Shown: positions 27,056-41,181 of the stretch, in pieces
Layout of the letters: every line of letters begins with the position of its first letter
Position numbering within the stretch: the first letter of the stretch is position 1
Assembly: GCF_006345805.1 (NCBI RefSeq)
Contig: NC_042997.1
Coordinates: 173,786,001-173,850,000, forward strand
Length of the DNA stretch: 64,000 nt
Direction: 5' to 3'
Source of the DNA: Octopus sinensis
Taxonomy: Eukaryota
Notes under the pieces: model-generated
What the model saw: the letters and a program-made list of their open reading frames with translations, nothing else
Told to the model about the DNA's origin: nothing
Databases searched by the model: none
Position numbers and translations under genes: made by a program

Positions 27056-27145
27056 ATGGACGGCAAATTTATAAAACATAATTTGTTCACCGCTGATCTG
27101 TGTTCGAGTCAAGTTTCAAAAGAATGGAAATATTGGTTCAGAACT
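27056..27145 (+). mobile_element. Inverted duplicate of the first ~30 gag codons
   Basis: MDGKFIKHNLFTADLCSSQVSKEWKYWFRT; reverse complement of 26917-27006 with some substitutions. Confidence 0.8.
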
Positions 27146-27647
27146 AAAGCTAAGTCACTTTCGGTGGAAGTTGAGCTCAAATCTAAGGAGTCAGAACAAT
27201 CATCGCGAGATATTTTGTATGAGGCTCAATCAATTCTGCCAATCCGCAAAGTTTTCAACACCAGTAATACTTTCTGATTTTGGCTAAAACCAAAAGTTTT
27301 TAGGGAACATTTCGAATACATTATGTTGACCCCAGTACTTCACTGGTACTTATTCTATTGATCTCGAAAGGATGAAAAGAAAACTTGACCTCAGCGGAAT
27401 TTGAGCTTAGAACAATACTTCAAAGCATTTTTTTCGACGCTCTGACAATTCTCCGAGTTCAACATCTTCTACAATACCAATAATACGAACAAGAATAGTT
27501 AATAATAACGAACAAGCATAGTTTATAATCACAAAAAATGAACCAAAACAAGTCTTCATGCTCTGTCTTCTAGGAGGTCCTATAAAATCTCACTTCATCT
27601 TATCTTGAATAAAGATATCATATCCTAAAGTTAGGAAAGGACATTAT

Positions 27648-28040
27648 TTTCTGCTCTGGGCACAAGGACTGAAATTTTGGAGGAGGGGGCCAGTCGGTTA
27701 GCTCGACTCCTGTACGCAACTGGTACTTAATTTATCGACCCCGAAAGGACGAAAGGCAAAGTCAACCTCGGCGGAATTTCAACTCAGAACGTAAAGACAG
27801 AAGAAATACCTATTTCTTTACTACCCACAAGTGGCTAAACACAGAAGGGGCAAAGAAGGACAGACAAACGGATTAAGTCGATTACATCGACCCCAGTGCG
27901 TAACTGGTACTTAATTTATCGACCCCGAAAGAATGAAAGGCAAAGTCGAACCCGGCGGAATTTCAACTCAGAACGTAACGGCAGAAGAAATACCGCTAAG
28001 CATATCGCCCGGCGCGCTAACCTTTCTGCCAGCTCACCAC
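27648..28040 (-). mobile_element. Dimeric SINE family B
   Basis: Internally duplicated AACTGGTACTTAATTTATCGACCCCGAAAG...CTCAGAACGTAA; tRNA-like head at the right end. Confidence 0.85.
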
Positions 28041-28711
28041 TTTAAAATTAGGAAAGAACATTGGACAATATCATTCCAGATAATTGGTTTGGACAGAATT
28101 GTCACAATCAGAACGCCTTAAACTTTACATCAACTTCTTTCACCTCAAATCAATCCTTGAATAAAATAACGTAGGATTCCATTTTTCTCTAAGAAGTGCC
28201 GATTCTTGTTCTGTCTATTATTTAACCATTCCAAAATTACAAGCAGTGATTTTTAACTAAATTGCAGCAAAAGATGTAAATATTGTTGTGAAGTAATTTC
28301 CAATCAATAGTATTTTGACTAATTTTTCCTTAATAGGACCGTTAGTTCTGAGTGGTGTTTTCATGCATTGAGTACTAATTTTTATCGTCGAATGAGACTC
28401 CAGCAATATCACTTCAAGTGAAGTGGTATTTAGTTACAGTCAAATTCCGCCGAGGTCGACTTTGCCTTTCATCTTTTCAGGGTCGATAAAATAAGTACCA
28501 ATTACGCACTGGTACTTAAACAAAATACACGTACCATTTGCAGCCGATTTCTTCGTCAGTCAGTGTTCGGAAAGTCATAGCAGTTCCGCGCTTTTTTTTT
28601 TTTTTTACCAAAGCATAAAGCTAAAAGCATTGAACTTCTGGGAAAAGCAAGTAAATGTATACAAGAAAGCAATAATTATACACACGCAACAGATGAAAGT
28701 CTTTCGGTTAT

Positions 28712-28868
28712 ACAAAAGACTGGCTTCTTTCAGTTTCCGATTACCAAATCCACTCACTAGGCTTTGGTCGGCCTGAGGCTATAGTAGAAGACTCTTACTC
28801 AAGATGCCACGCAGTGGAACTGAACCTGGAACCATGTGTTTGGGAAGCAAGCGTCTTACCACACAGCC
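28712..28868 (-). mobile_element. SINE family A, 5' half
   Basis: Matches the reverse complement of 41182-41345. Confidence 0.8.
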
Positions 28869-29367
28869 TATATTAACAATTAATTGGCAACTTTCAGCTA
28901 TGAGTAATCAAAAGAAGAGCCGATGTCTGGAAAAGCTAGAATTTTCAGGCTCTTACATAATTTCGGTGAACCAAGAATATGGCACAAATTTCTATGAATG
29001 TTCGCAATAAATGATATATGAGGCCAACTAATTGATATTATTGAAATTTTTGCTACAAAGACACTTTTGTGGTGCGAGTAACTAGATATACGTTCACTAG
29101 ATGTAAATTCGAATTCAAATTTTTTGAAGAGATTAACGGTATCGAAAAGTCTTTAAAAATAATATCAAGCCTGCTCTGTGAAGAGAATTTAATGCGATTA
29201 CAAAACTGATTAAATAAGTAGTAACTGAAATTTTAAAAAGTTTCCAAAACGTATAAAAGAGAATTAAAAAACAAAATTTTAATACATTTACTTTAGACGT
29301 ATTAATCAAAACAATATTGTACATTTGATCAAGTACTTATTAGAAAACGTAATAAGAAAATATCATC

Positions 29368-29414
<47 letters not shown>

Positions 29415-29779
29415 AACACACATATATATGTAAGGAGACAAGTAGTAATGAATAAATATTGAAAGAACAGACATTGACGGGAGAGGGAGAGAGGTAGAGA
29501 CAGACAAAGAAAGAGAAGGGAGACAGATAGATAGATAGATAGATGTAGAGAGAGAGGGAGGGGGGAGAGACGGGGACAGAGAAAGATAGAAAGAGAGAAG
29601 GGAGACACAGAGAGAAAGATAAACAGAAAAGTAAGCTGTTTGTAAATCTTATGGAATTATTTATTTAGAAGTTTCTGGTGTAATGTTGAACAATTAAAAA
29701 TATGAAATAAGAATGTGGTTTTTGTTCAGCTTCAAGTTATCTGCAATGAAGCGGAACTATAATCAAGCATGCTCTTGTC

Positions 29780-30124
<345 letters not shown>

Positions 30125-30127
<3 letters not shown>

Positions 30128-31466
30128 GAGGGTGAAAAATCGATATTAATTTAATAATACCATTAATTTAACACCGAGTGGCTTAGCACAAAAGACTACG
30201 GAGAAAATACAAATTTATACATAAATTATAAGAGAGTTAACCACTATGTGGATAACTCTAGTGCTAAAAATAGCTCCGAAGCAACCACAGAAGATCCGTT
30301 TCCAACTAGAATCAACACACATTTAACGGAAGGAAAGTGAATACAACGAATAAAATAGATTGACCCTGTACAATTGTTTCATTACTAATGTAATATGTAG
30401 TTTTACTTACACATACATCTATAAATCTTCGGCAGAGTTTGTCTCAAATGCAATTAATTAGATCGATTCGAGCGTCGAAAACACGAGCGGTCCAACGAAT
30501 TACATTTTTAGTTATGTCTCAAATTCCGCGCCAAAAGCATGTCAAGACTCCATTGGAAACGTATGCCGCATCAAATAAAATATTTACTGCCGCATAGTTA
30601 AATTTATAAATTTATAAATGAGGGTGAAAAATCGACATTAATTTAATAATACCATTAATTTAACACCGAGTGGCTTAGCACAAAAGACTACGGAGAAAAT
30701 ACAAATTTATACATAAATTATAAGAGAGTTAACCACTATGTGGATAACTCTAGTGCTAAAAATAGCTCCGAAGCAACCACAGAAGATCCGTTTCCAACTA
30801 GAATCAACACACATTTAACGGAAGGAAAGTGAAATACAACGAATAAAATAGATTGACCCTGTACAATTGTTTCATTACTAATGTAATATGTAGTTTTACT
30901 TACACATACATCTATAAATCTTCGGCAGAGTTTGTCTCAAATGCAATTAATTAGATCGATTCGAGCGTCAAAAACACGAGCGGTCCAACGAATTACATTT
31001 TTAGTTATGTCTCAAATTCCGCGCCAAAAGCATGTCAAGACTCCATTGGAAACGTATGCCGCATCAAATAAAATATTTACTGCCGCATAGTTAAATTTAT
31101 AAATTTATAAATGAGGGTGAAAAGTCGATATTAATTTAATAATACCATTAATTTAACACCGAGTGGCTTAGCACAAAAGACTACGGAGAAAATACAAATT
31201 TATACATAAATTATAAGAGAGTTAACCACTATGTGGATAACTCTAGTGCTAAAAATAGCTCCGAAGCAACCACAGAAGATCCGTTTCCAACTAGAATCTA
31301 ATGAAACAATTGTACAGGGTCAATCTATTTTATCGTTGTATTTCACTTTCCTTCCGTTAAATGTGTATTGATTCTAGTTGGAAACGGATCTTCTGTGGTT
31401 GCTTCGGAGCTATTTTAGCACTAGAGTTATCCACATAGTGGTTAACTCTCTTATAATTTATGTATA
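30125..31466 (-). mobile_element. Tandem 493-bp repeat (~2.4 units) plus terminal inverted segment; PLE pseudo-LTR/retrozyme-like
   Basis: GAGGGTGAAAA at 30128, 30621 and 31113; 31299-31466 is an inverted partial unit; (TA)n on both sides. Confidence 0.8.
30363..30438 (-). ncRNA. Variant type I hammerhead-like motif (second copy 30856-30931)
   Basis: Minus strand: ACTCTG-CCGAAGA-[45 nt]-GAAA-C-AATT-G-TA/CAGGGT; 6-bp stem I, palindromic CAATTG stem III, GUA site; C at position 4 and U.U at the base of stem II. Confidence 0.55.
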
Positions 31467-31483
31467 TATATATATATATATAT

Positions 31484-31648
31484 AAATAGTAATGCAATAC
31501 GAGAGTATTGCTTTCCAGTAAAGAATAGCTCGTGAGGGAAAATTATACATAGAAGTAAATATATGGCACAACGAAGTACCGATATTTACTGGAAAATAGC
31601 GAACGTAATAAATACGACGCTAATGTATAGCTTCACCGCGTATGTACT
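31484..31648 (-). repeat. Fragment of the 45.5-kb HHR-bearing repeat family
   Basis: Reverse complement matches 45481-45630 and 45891-45990. Confidence 0.85.
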
Positions 31649-32719
31649 TAAACCGCACTGGTACTTAAACAAGATACACGCACCATTTGCAGCCGATTTC
31701 TTCGTCAGTCAGTGTTCGGATAGTCATAGCAGTTCCACGCTTTTTTTTTTTTTTCCAAAGCATAAAGCTAAAAGCATTGAACTTCTGGGAAAAGCAAGTG
31801 AATGTATACAAGAAAGCAAGAATTATACACATGCAACAGATGAAAGTCTTTCGGTTATACAAAAAGACTGGCTTCTTTCAGTTTCCGTTTACCAAATCAG
31901 TGCCTCGCAATCTTTTTTCATTTGTGGTACACTTATATTCTTTTCAAAATTCAGCGGCACACTTGAACTAAAAATATAAGTAAAAGTATAGGGGGAAAAT
32001 TATTCAGGTTACACAGCGGCAGACCTAGCATCGTCTCGTGGCACTTCAGTGTGCAATGGCTTACGGATTGCGGGGCAGTACTCTAGGTGACTGCACTGCA
32101 TTAACCAACGTCTTTCTCTATAACACTACGTCCATAGGCAGTTGCAGAGTGTATTTTTACGGCTTATAAAGCTAATGTCGCCAATGGTGTCTTATGTCGG
32201 CTCCGTTATCCAATCGGTACGACTTATGTAAATGCATAAGAATCAATTCCAATATTGGCTGCTGGACAGATAAAAAGCAAACCTGACGTCTGTGGGATTT
32301 GTACACAATGTACAAAGAACCGAAAGGCATTTGTCTGATTAATGCTTCTGACAACTCTGCCATTCAACCACCTTTCTTGTACTTCTCAAATTGTATTGTT
32401 GTTACTTTTGTAGATCACAGCCGAAACTGAATTTAGTACATGGGTAAATATTTATTTCGTATATTTTTCACTTGTTTATTGTTTTGGTTTGGTGTTGAGT
32501 TTGATCTGAGAACATAGACTTTTTGTGGAGAATGGCGATTTGACGTCTATATCTAGCATGTTGACTGTCCACTTTTCGTGTTCAGTCCTTAATTGGTATA
32601 TATAAATATTTTAATCTTCGGATTCTTTCTTTAATATGCTAGACCACTGGTTCTAATTGATAAATATCAATTTTTACCCTTAATTTAATTTTATAAAAAT
32701 TATATATATATATATATTA

Positions 32720-33354
32720 CTAGCAGTATCGCCCGGCGTTGCTCGGGTTTGTAAGGAAATAACTATATAAGCATTTTTAGAGAGTTATAGCCAAAAATAG
32801 CCAAAAATGCATTAAAATGGAAATAATATGATGGTAAATTTTTTTAAAAATCGTGATTGACTCATCGTAGACATTTTTAGAGAGTTACTTCCCTTATATA
32901 ATAGCGAAAAAATGCATTAAAATGGAAAAAAAACGATGGCAATTTTTTTTTTAAATCGTAGTAGACTCATGTAGACGCTTTCTTAGCCATTTCTGTTTTG
33001 GTGTCTTCAAGCCATGAAGTCGTTATTCTAAAAGAACGCTGGTCTCCTTGACAACGCATTACGACGTGATTTCCTTACACTCCCTTCCCCACAGGTGCAG
33101 GTGTGAGCGTGGACGCCAACTCCGCCGCCATCGACACACGAGAAAAATATGCATTAAAATGGAATAAAAAATTATGTTAAATTATTTTTAAATCGTAGAC
33201 TCATCGTAGACGCGCGCTAATACTCAGAGGGCTCGATATGAATCACGACTATAAGCTACCCGAATTTGGTTAAACTGCACCGCAAAATGTGGGAGTAGTT
33301 AGGAATCTAAATCGAAGGGACAGACACTCACAACTACAGTTTTATATATATAGA
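32720..33354 (-). mobile_element. Non-autonomous Helitron with both termini
   Basis: Minus strand starts A|TCTATATATA and ends CCCGAGCAACGCCGGG hairpin + ~9 nt + CTAG|T (AT target, no TSD); three internal ~70-bp repeats. Confidence 0.75.
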
Positions 33355-33369
33355 TATACATAGCGCAGT

Positions 33370-33791
33370 AGTGGTGAGATGTGACAGCAAAGAAAAGCAT
33401 ACATTCACCCTCTGCATGCAATTAGACTCGGAAAGTTCGTGAGGAACCCATTGACCCAATTTGCTGACTTTTCCGATAGCACTCAGGTCTCAATGAATGG
33501 TTAATGACCAAATCCAAGCTTCTCTGCTAGTTCCTCAACAGTACGATGAGATTTTGTTCCACCAGGGTTTTCAGATGCTTCCTTGTCGAGTTCTACAGAT
33601 CTTTCAGGATGAGGCTCGTCTTCTAGGCTGTAGTTTATGGCTCGGAATTTCTGGAACCCACCATTGACATGCCTTACGCTTATTGTCCAATCCCCATAAC
33701 TGCATTAATATTTCTTGTACTTTCCGTTGCGTTGTTGTCTTTATTGAACTCATAAAGCAAAATATGCCAAATATGCTCCTTTTACTTCCAA
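33370..33791 (-). mobile_element. Mariner transposase N-terminal remnant
   Basis: EHIWHILLYEFNKDNNATE...FQKFRAINYSLEDEPHPERSVELD...TVEELAEKLGFGH. Confidence 0.8.
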
Positions 33792-34095
33792 TATAGCTTT
33801 GAAAAAAATAGCTGTTAAAATCGAAATGCACTCTTCAAAACTTGCACTATGAATAAGGACAAGATAAAATTACTACCTGCTTTTATAGCAAGTTAATATA
33901 AGTGGTTTATCCCATTCCCCTCTGACTTTTAGTTCAAGCTGTTGAAAAAACCGCATATATATATATATACATTACATACATACATACATACATACATATA
34001 CACACACACTCTCTCTCTCACACACATGCACACATTTATATTCTGTTATTCTTTTATATGTTTCAGCCTTGAGTTTGTGGCCATGCTGGATCATG

Positions 34096-34126
<31 letters not shown>

Positions 34127-35540
34127 TGTCTATCTGTCTGTATGTATATATGTATAGTATGTGTGTGAACAATAATATTTTCAACAGATGTGTTGCAAAT
34201 GTATCTGATTGTTCTCAGCTTCAATACTGTGTGTGTGTATGTGTGTGTGTGTATGTATGTATGTATGTATATATGTATGTATGTATTATGTATGTATGTA
34301 TGTGTGTATGTATGTATGGTGTGTATGTATTGTGTGTGTGTATGTATGTATGTATGTATGTATGTATGTATGTATATTATGTATTTGTATGAGTGTATGT
34401 TTACTTATTACTAACACAAGCCACTACGGTTATTTAATGTAAAGTCCTCCTCAAATCACTCTCTGTCGCTAATTTACTCTCTTCCAAGAACATTTTCACT
34501 CACTCTTATGTGTTAGCTTCCCATACATTTTACTCATTTATCTATCAGCGTCATAGAGAGAAACAAATATTACATCTAGTTTCACTTTATTCGTTGCCCA
34601 CTGTGTGTGTGCGTTTGCTTGTGGTTGTAAACAGACTAAGAAAAGCATTTGACACACACCAGAATGTGAGTTTTCTGTAAATTTTGCTTAATTGGAGTTT
34701 AAATTTTAAAAACTGGACCTGGCATGACGCGATGCATTGTACTCTTAAAAATGTAGGTAAATTGTAATTGAAGAAATCCTATATTGTAGATTTGATAACT
34801 CCCAAAGGAGGCAGATAAAATCTGCCTTTTATAATAAGAGATATATATATATTATATATATATTACAGTCATGTTGAAACATGTGATACGGGGAAAGTGC
34901 AACATTGACAACGAAACATTTGTGGAGTAAATGATGGGATAATTCGACTAAGCGACAGGTCATGCGTCCGTTTGAAGGATTTCAGCCCCTAACCTGTCGT
35001 AGAAAATTAGGTGGATGGGTGGGTATATGATTTTTGAACGCACTGAAAAGCTGTCAGTGGATATAGTTTAGTTTCTTTTGCGGTGGTTGGCGCTGCGTCT
35101 AACACGACCTGTCGTATGGTTGATAGTCGAATGAATATAGGTGTAATGGAGATATAGTACATAAATGGCTACATTCTGGAAAGGGGCTGTAATGGGATAC
35201 GGTAAAGGGGAAGTGAACTGTTGAAATGTTGCAAAAGGCAAAGGGTTGACATTGGATTGCTGGTATGGCTGTAGATTAAGAAACATAAACTGAGCCTATA
35301 CATCACATAAGAATATGTAGAAATGAATTACTTGAAAAAGTAAAGCATAATGGCTTACCACGTGCTGGTAAGAGTAACTGGAGAATATGCTTTGATACTG
35401 AAGTCCATTCAGGAAACTGCTTTGTTGGTGCAGTTTTCGGGTTTGTCGGAAATGGTATCCATGCCGAAATGGTATCAGTCTTTACCATTCACAAAGAGCA
35501 GTGGATATTGGAGCGCATCATAAGATGTAATAATTCCTAT

Positions 35541-36210
35541 AAACCCTCTTGGTAAACAATATTCTTAATTTTTTTTGTTGTGGAACAAATGCGAATAGAT
35601 TTTTTTTGCTTCCCACTCTAGAGCATCCAACATACAAGTGCCCGTGTGAGAAGCACGACTCTTCCAAGTGGAGTCCTACCACAGCGTCTGACCCTGGGAT
35701 TTATTGATAGACATTGTCAAGTTGATACGAATAAGAAATTGCAGTCTTCTGAATTAAAAAGGAGTTTCTGTTCCGATGGAATTGGAGGAATCCTAGGTAT
35801 GAAAACATCCTCTTCTTTTTCACATCCAGAAAGAATGGTAGTCTCAATAACATGAGACCACCATCATCTTCTTTACCACCAGGCTAATCCCATTGCAGAG
35901 GTTTGGTGAATCCAAATTTCTCAATAACATTACTGGAGTTCCTACTTTAAGTTCCAATCTGTGGGAAGCTAGTCCTGGAGGCTCCAATGAATTGAGAAAT
36001 TCTTTTGGATAACTTATTACCACTTCTGGATCTCGGATTGTATCAATTGACTTATAGATATGAGAACTTCCAGAAAGATACTGCAGTAACTGCTCGTTAA
36101 TTTTACTTACAGTGCTGTCTTTTGGGGGAGCCAGTATTGGTCTTTCACACAGCCAATTGACATTGTGACAATTTTTCGACCAATGGAGGATCTCCTTTTG
36201 GAAACATTAT
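35541..36210 (-). mobile_element. Helitron helicase C-terminal remnant
   Basis: WLCERPILAP, YKSIDTI, YPKEFLNSLEPPGL, LKVGTPVMLLRNL, VFIPRIP, TMSINKSQGQT, CFSHGHLYVGCSRV, KNIVYQE. Confidence 0.9.
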
Positions 36211-36646
36211 GTCAAGAAATGCTGATGCAATAAAATAACATGAAGATTGTACGTTAATACTGAAATGTCAATAGAAAAGTAAATAATACCAACATCTTAG
36301 CAAATTTTAAGAAATACATTCAATGAACTGAGATGCCACTGTTACGTTTGTAATTAAATGTCAATGGAAAACATTAATTGTTATCAATAATTTAAAACGA
36401 TGAAAAATTTTCAGCGAATTAATCGAGCTGGATGTAAAGGAGAAAATCAATTTCTGAAAGTTACCTCCCTTCTCCACGTAACTCAGGAAAGAGTGTCTTC
36501 TGTTCCCAGAGGGCCCGTTATTTATTATGGGAAAAATTTTAAGAGTCTAAAACCATCTTTGGAATATAAGCAATGTGTGCTCCCGGTTTGGAGAAAATCA
36601 GTTGGGAACTTCAGAAGATATGCAGGTTTACACACACACACACACT

Positions 36647-36720
<74 letters not shown>

Positions 36721-39700
36721 ATTATTCTTTGTCTTAATTTTCATTTATCTCACTGTCTATCTTTCTGCCTTTCCTTCCTCCATTCTTTTTCTCCTCCTTT
36801 CTTTCGTTTCTTCAACTCTCCTCTTATCTCTTCTATTCTTTTATGATATTCTTCTAAATTCGCTTATTTTTCTCTCAGTATAGTTTTGAATCTCTGACCA
36901 TTCCTTTTCATATCTCTTTCTCTTTATGTTTTTATTATTTCCGCCTTAAGTCATCTCTCTTTCTTTATCTACTTATCTTCTCTCTATATACATTGATATA
37001 TTATTCACACTCGCTCACCATTTCTCATTCTCTCTTTCTCTCTCTCCCTCTCTCTTTCCCCTTTTAAAGTGCTCTAGCTTTTCTACATATCACTCTTTTT
37101 GTTCGTCTCCCGTCCAGTCTCTATTCATCTCTAATTCGTTTTTCATGTAATTTTTATTCTCATTTTTACATTTTTACTTTCGTTAATTTTCTTCTAGTCT
37201 ATCCCTATCTTTTTCTACCAGCATTTCCTTTTTCCGTTTCATTCCTAACACCACCACTAACATCAACAACAACAACAACAACAAAATCACATTACCACTC
37301 TCAAGCAACGCCTTTTATTGCTTCATATCTGACCTTTTCTTCTTTATGTGACTGATCTCTAATCATTGCTGGTCAGTCCCAGAGGACAGTAGAGGTCATC
37401 GAACAACTGAAAAAAAAAAGAGAAGGAAAAAAAGAAGATAAAAATGCTGGGTACGGGGTGGAGGCTTAAGTCCAGAGAAGTAGCAGCAGAAGACCATTAT
37501 ACTGAGTAATGTTACTGTCAAACAGTTAAACAGATAGTGGCCACTACTCGCCCAGATGATAAACATCAACAAAGAACAGTATCATGCTATCCCATCCATA
37601 GCCCTTTCAATCGTTGCTTCACTCGCCATTACCACCTCCTGCTCCCCTTCTTCATTCGACCCTTACCTCTTTTACCTTCTCCTTTACAAGACCACTGTAA
37701 CCGTGTAATGATTTCTCGCTCAGAAAGAGGAAGGAAGAAGAAAAATAGCGCCGCCTTCTTATTCGTCTTCTCAATGACCCTGTCTTCTTATATGTCTTAT
37801 ATTGTAGAAGTCACGTACAAAATAACATTTTCGTCCGTTAGATATCATTCACGGGTCAGTGCTGGGCTGAATATGTGTTACTACATACAGAAAGAGTTCT
37901 TCTAATCATTCAACAGTTCATTTCTTATCTTGTCTTGCTGACAACAACAGCAATAACAACAATAACATCCTTTTGTCTGAAGCTGTCCGAGACTGTGCTG
38001 TGTATAAATTTCCATCATGAAGATACATTCCGATAAAAATATAGAATAATGGTACATGTGTCCGTGGGAAGGCGGGTATTGTCGAGTATAATATATATAT
38101 TCTTTACTTTATAAAAACGAACAGATGAGAGACCCTCAGATGAAACCTCGCATTCTTAAATAAAAATAAAGAAAAATGAAAACTATATACAAGTCAATAA
38201 AACCCTGGTCAAATCGTTAAGAGCAATAATGTTATTCATTCAGGTTCTTCAGGCCCTGAGTTCAAATCCTGTGACGGTCAGCTTTGAGATTCATGGTTTA
38301 TAAACAAAAGCGTGTCCTAGGTGGTGAACTGGCGGAATTATTGTAAAGTGTTTCGTGGTACTTGTTCCTATCCTTTGTGTTCTGAGCGGCCATTAGATGT
38401 GACAAAGTAGTTTGCATCTACGAGTCAGCAGAATGATGTAGATCAATTACAGAAGCAATGCGACGGGAATCCACTTTCGAATTATCCTCTGAAAACTCTT
38501 ATCATTTCGTATAATGCTTGTCAAGGAAATCGCGAGATGTCCTTAGTCTACCTGATGGCAGAGGAAGGAGGAGATCCCTAATCTATACAAAAATATGGTA
38601 ACCATGGCTAAAACGTCTTTGATCACAGGTTTTTCCGTTAAAACTTCGATCATATTCGCCGTTTTCGCTTGTGAGCGTGCAGATAAGTTGCTGAACTCGG
38701 CTCGCCTTGACGTTGTGCATTGAGTGACTGTTGGAAGGGAAGACTAGATCTTTATGAGACAACAAGTATTGTTGTATAACGTTCATGATTTTCTTTAAGA
38801 ACTTTTTGTGGAATGAGATTTGAAATGATTGCAACTGAGGATCGACAATGAATATATTTTTTCTCTGCCATATTCATAACGTACCTTTCTCTCTCTCTCT
38901 CTCTCTGCATATGAGCTGGCTATTGTAGTTCTGGATATACAAAATAATTACGCCTGCAAATTCTTTCATCCTAAGTTTGCTCGATCACAGGTAACACGGA
39001 ACTAAATTCCGCCTTTCAGAACTGAGATAAAGTAGCAACTGGTAATTTATCGACCTCGAAAGGATGACAAATAAAGTGACGTGGGCGGGATTTGAACTCA
39101 GGGCGAAATGAACCGAAATAAATACCATGGAACATTCTCTCCTGTGCAATAACGACTCTGTTGAATCGCCGTTTTACAAAGGAACAGAAGACATAATAAA
39201 TAAAGCAAAAAGGTGCACAAACATACTTCAAACACTTACACGCTTTACATTTGTTGAACAGAAAGAAACAATAATAGTGGTCTACAAACAATACGTTATA
39301 TTAATCACGGATTATGACAGCTCCGCTTGGTAACTTCATCTACGCCAACACACCACAATAAATTACAAACAACACGAAATAACACTCTGTACAACATCAT
39401 AGGTTGCATACACTCACATACACACACACAAATACGCACAAACACACACAGTCATACTCACACACACACACACACACCTTACAACAGCCATAAACTCCTT
39501 AAAAACTAGCAAATGGGGAATCATCTACGTGGTCGCTCGTCCTGCTAGAAACAGTAGCAAACTTCATTCAAATAACATTTTAATGTCTGAAGAAGGGACG
39601 ACGAACTGGATAATGTAGTTTCCGGTCCTTTATCTTGTATTTGTTTCAGTCATTAGACCGCGGCGATGCTGTGGCACCGACTTGAAGAATTATATTCGAA

Positions 39701-39962
39701 CGAATCGACACCAGTACTTAATTTTTTAAAACCTGGTACTTATTCATGCCAAACCGTTAGGTTACAGGACGAAATGCACCAACACCGGTTGTCAAGCGAT
39801 GCAGGATTACGCGCACACATATGTTATATTATATTATATTATATTATATTATATTATATTATATATTGCGTGGCTCCTTGGGCAAGTGTCTTCTGATATA
39901 GACTTTGGCTGTCCAAAGCCTTCTGAGTTGATTTGGCAGACAGAAACTGAAAGAAGCCCGAC

Positions 39963-39999
<37 letters not shown>

Positions 40000-40009
40000 C
40001 GAAAGGGTC

Positions 40010-40380
40010 GAAAGACCCTTGTCCTACGTCCTGGTTTTGTTTTGTTGTTTATTTTTTATTTTTACCGTTATTGTTTTTACGTTTTTGTATTCTTATGGTG
40101 TCACGTATTCTGTATTTTTGTTTGTGTACTTCGATCGTTTTCCGTCCTTTCGTTGTATACATTCGAAGCTTTCTTCCAGGGGATCTAATGCGCTTGGCTT
40201 AGATTTCCCTTGGCGGGCTGCCATATCGGAGCAATCTCAAGATTAATCAGCCGAAATTGCTAAGATGATCTGGTTCTTGACTGATGACTGAGGGCTTCGA
40301 ATGTCCCGTCCTGTGGTTCTTGTGTCGTCTCTGTGGTGTTTCATGTTCTTGTCCATGTCTGTAATTAATTTTACTGTTTA
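40010..40380 (-). repeat. Repeat family E
   Basis: Collinear with 58290-58630 and 18895-19020; (TA)n-flanked. Confidence 0.75.
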
Positions 40381-40450
<70 letters not shown>

Positions 40451-40890
40451 CTTCAAACTTGAAATCTTCAAAGCCACAGTCGAACCAATTCTAACTATAT
40501 GACTCAGAAACCTGGACGTTATCAAAGAAGCTTGAGAGGCGGTTGGATGGAACCTACACTCGCCTCCTTATGAGAGCTCAAAATCTCTCGTGGAAGCGTC
40601 ATCCAACCAAAATGCAAATATTTGGGAAACTACCACCTGTGTCATCTCTTGTGAAATGTAGGAGAGTCCAGTTAGCTGGACATTGTTGTAGAGCTGAAAA
40701 CGAGGCAATTTCTACTCTTCTCCTCAGGAAGCCATCTACTCGCAATACCAGAGGGCGCACACTCTGCTACCCTGATGTAATCTCCAGGGATACAGGCATC
40801 CAGCAACAGGACCTCCGTAATGCCATGATGGACCGTGAAGTCTGGCGTATCATGGTAAATTCCATTGTCTCGACCACGGTCGAACAATGA

Positions 40891-40893
<3 letters not shown>
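40451..40893 (+). mobile_element. 5'-truncated RTE-like LINE 3' end
   Basis: FKATVEPIL..SETWTL...LDGTYTRLLMRAQNLSW...RRVQLAGHC...MDREVWR, then TGATGAT tail. Confidence 0.8.
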
Positions 40894-40929
<36 letters not shown>

Positions 40930-40932
<3 letters not shown>

Positions 40933-41140
40933 ATTTGTGTCTCTGTGTTTGTACCCCCACCCATCATCGCTTGACAACGTATGTTGGTGTTTACGTCCCC
41001 GTAACTTAGTGGTTCAGCAATAGAGACCGACAGAATAAGTATTAGGCTTACAAAGAATAAATCCCGGTGTCGATTTGTTCGACTAAAAGCGGTGCTCTAA
41101 GTCCGCAGTCAAATGACTGAAACAAGTAAAATAATAAAAG
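40930..41140 (+). mobile_element. SINE family A, 3' half
   Basis: Matches 41380-41590. Confidence 0.8.
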
Positions 41141-41181
41141 AAAATATATATAAGGAATATATAAAAGAATATATATATATA

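Noticed and set aside
31654-31730. Minus-strand CTGACGA with CACTG/CAGTG pairing (also at 28505-28570)
   Set aside because: No GAAA; the apparent cleavage end is SINE-B-derived sequence.
31878-32650. Possible hAT/Charlie element (CAGTGCCTCGCAATCTTTTTT start)
   Set aside because: No matching second TIR, TSD or recognisable transposase found.
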